Shown one piece after another: positions 62,592 through 64,000 of a stretch of 64,000 nucleotides of DNA (position 1 is its first letter; each line of letters starts with the position of its first letter). Made by a program: the position numbers and the translations under genes. Origin of the DNA: an uncultured Pelagibacteraceae bacterium (GTDB lineage: Bacteria; Pseudomonadota; Alphaproteobacteria; Pelagibacterales; Pelagibacteraceae); assembly GCA_902632275.1 (NCBI GenBank), contig CACPBW010000001.1:12111-76110 (forward strand), in the 5' to 3' direction. The notes beneath the pieces are model-generated. The model was not told the origin of the DNA. It saw only the letters and a list, made by a program, of their open reading frames with translations, and made no database searches.

Positions 62592-62825
62592 TTATAAAAT
62601 TTCAAAATTTTCAATTACCAGATTTGCTAAAAGTTTTTTACACATATCCTCAACTTTGATTTTTGCCTTAGCTTCATCCTTTTCATTAACGTCAACCTCG
62701 AAGAATTTACCCTGTCTAACTTCATTTACAGAGGAAAAGCCCATCCCATTTAATGTTTGCTGTATCGCTTTACCTTGTGGATCTAAAACACCATTTTTAA
62801 GTGTTACTATTACTTTTATTTTCAT
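62592..62825 (-). CDS. purS: FGAM synthase subunit PurS
   Basis: LKNGVLDPQG, VRQGK, LLANLVIE. Confidence 0.96.
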   Translation of the reverse strand: MKIKVIVTLKNGVLDPQGKAIQQTLNGMGFSSVNEVRQGKFFEVDVNEKDEAKAKIKVEDMCKKLLANLVIENFEIL

Positions 62826-63607
62826 TTATTTTTTATTTTTACAGCTTTTGGTTTTGGAAATCTTAGTGGTCTAACATTAGATTGTTCATGTAAAATTCCT
62901 AGTCTTTTTGCGACCTCTTGATAAGCTTCTATAAGATTACCTAAATTTTTTCTAAACCTATCCTTATCAAGTTTTTTTTCAGTATTCATGTCCCACAACC
63001 TGCAAGTATCAGGACTTATTTCATCAGCTAATAGAATTTCATTTTTACTATTATTTTTGTATCTTCCAAACTCAACTTTGAAATCCACCAGTTTAATTCC
63101 TATTCCTCTAAACAGACCTACTAAGAAGTCATTAATTCTTAATAGTTGTCGATCAATCTTCTCGATTTCTCTTCTAGTTGCCCATTTAAAAGTATAAATA
63201 TGTTCCTTAGAAATAAGAGGATCGCCTAGCTTGTCATCTTTTAAGCAATACTCAATTAATGTAGAGTCTAAAACAGTACCTTCTTCGATACCGAGTCTAT
63301 TTGTAAGAGATCCAGTGGCAATGTTACGAACAACAAACTCAATAGGTATAATTTCTACACGCTTAATAAGCTGCTCCCTCATATTTAATCTTTTTACTAA
63401 ATGATTTTTAATTCCTACCTGAGATAAATATGTAAGAATATGTTCAGATATTCTATTATTTAGAATACCTTTGCCATCTATGACTGATTTCTTTTTATTA
63501 TTGAAAGCTGTCGCATCATCTTTGAAATGCTGAATAACTAAATTTTTCTCACTACTTGCATAAACTATTTTTGCTTTACCCTCGTATAGTTTTTTGCCTT
63601 TTTTCAT
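62822..63607 (-). CDS. purC: SAICAR synthase
   Basis: LYEGKAK, FKDDATAFN, LVDFKVEFG, LADEISPDTCRLWD, LDKDRFR. Confidence 0.97.
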   Translation of the reverse strand: MKKGKKLYEGKAKIVYASSEKNLVIQHFKDDATAFNNKKKSVIDGKGILNNRISEHILTYLSQVGIKNHLVKRLNMREQLIKRVEIIPIEFVVRNIATGSLTNRLGIEEGTVLDSTLIEYCLKDDKLGDPLISKEHIYTFKWATRREIEKIDRQLLRINDFLVGLFRGIGIKLVDFKVEFGRYKNNSKNEILLADEISPDTCRLWDMNTEKKLDKDRFRKNLGNLIEAYQEVAKRLGILHEQSNVRPLRFPKPKAVKIKNK

Positions 63608-63610
63608 TGG

Positions 63611-64000
63611 TTAAAATATTTTATTAAAGAATCTAGTTACTCTGTAATCTAATGTTTTATCATGATCTATATTTTTTTTCTTTAAAATTTCTATTAAAAA
63701 ATCAAAAGATTGACTTCGTCTTTTCCACCACCTAGGAGTGTATTTTTTATAGTTATTCTCATTTCCCTCATTATTACTTAAATATCTTGTAAGCATTTGA
63801 TCAGTTATTGATAAGTTCTGTTTAAAATTAAAAAAATAAGAAACTAATCTAAAATCAATAGCAAGCTCAGAGTATTCTTTTTCAAATTCTTCATTTATAA
63901 AATTTGAAAAGCTATCTCTCCTTATTGAAATTGTACTAGTAGGAAAAATAGTAGGCCATCTTTCTTTAAAGTTCGTGTTGTTTGTGTAACTAAATTTTTT
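63611..64000 (-). CDS. Probable family 2 glycosyltransferase, C-terminal part (runs off the window end)
   Basis: Frame open to the window edge: ...WPTIFPTSTISIRR...AIDFRL...LTRYLSN..., typical of a GT2 C-terminal half. Confidence 0.55.
   Translation of the reverse strand, partial: KKFSYTNNTNFKERWPTIFPTSTISIRRDSFSNFINEEFEKEYSELAIDFRLVSYFFNFKQNLSITDQMLTRYLSNNEGNENNYKKYTPRWWKRRSQSFDFLIEILKKKNIDHDKTLDYRVTRFFNKIF

Noticed and set aside
9993-63197. Numerous short ORFs in the track lying antisense or out of frame within genes (e.g. 11785-12105, 34118-34600, 44291-44647, 62536-62874)
   Set aside because: They overlap well-supported genes largely or entirely and carry no motifs; typical shadow ORFs
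1-64000. CRISPR arrays, IS elements, toxin-antitoxin or anti-phage defence operons
   Set aside because: No repeat-spacer periodicity, transposase, nuclease or defence ATPase motifs seen by eye

Overview
Very AT-rich, extremely compact chromosomal segment with the gene content and style of a streamlined marine alphaproteobacterium of the SAR11/Pelagibacterales type; this is inferred from gene content and the near-zero intergenic spacing. It holds about 68 CDSs and one tRNA-Met(CAT), and I saw no CRISPR, IS, integrase or prophage. Main blocks in order: ald (partial), a SET-domain protein, an SGNH protein and a GcvT-family dehydrogenase; rfbBA with glycosyltransferases; a methylthioadenosine/polyamine cluster (apt, mtnP, GFA-family gene, mtnA, a ColD-like dehydratase plus SDR insert, class II aldolase, speD-speE fusion, basic-amino-acid ABC genes); a TRAP transporter divergent from a CoA-transferase; tandem TauE genes; nrdAB with tandem NrdR boxes; prpDBC; an acetyltransferase-only glmU with glmS; DAHP synthase, nadE, cysS, cimA, rpsD; and purCSQL interrupted by a secreted polysaccharide-lyase-fold gene. 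Best leads: (1) a GFA/C-S-lyase-fold gene translationally coupled inside a DHAP-shunt MTA salvage operon; (2) a His-type PLP 3-dehydratase cassette near rfbAB; (3) a half GlmU; (4) a probable CTG start codon; (5) a stand-alone SET protein; (6) single glycan-related genes slotted into housekeeping operons. All functional calls rest on motif recognition by eye; no searches were run.
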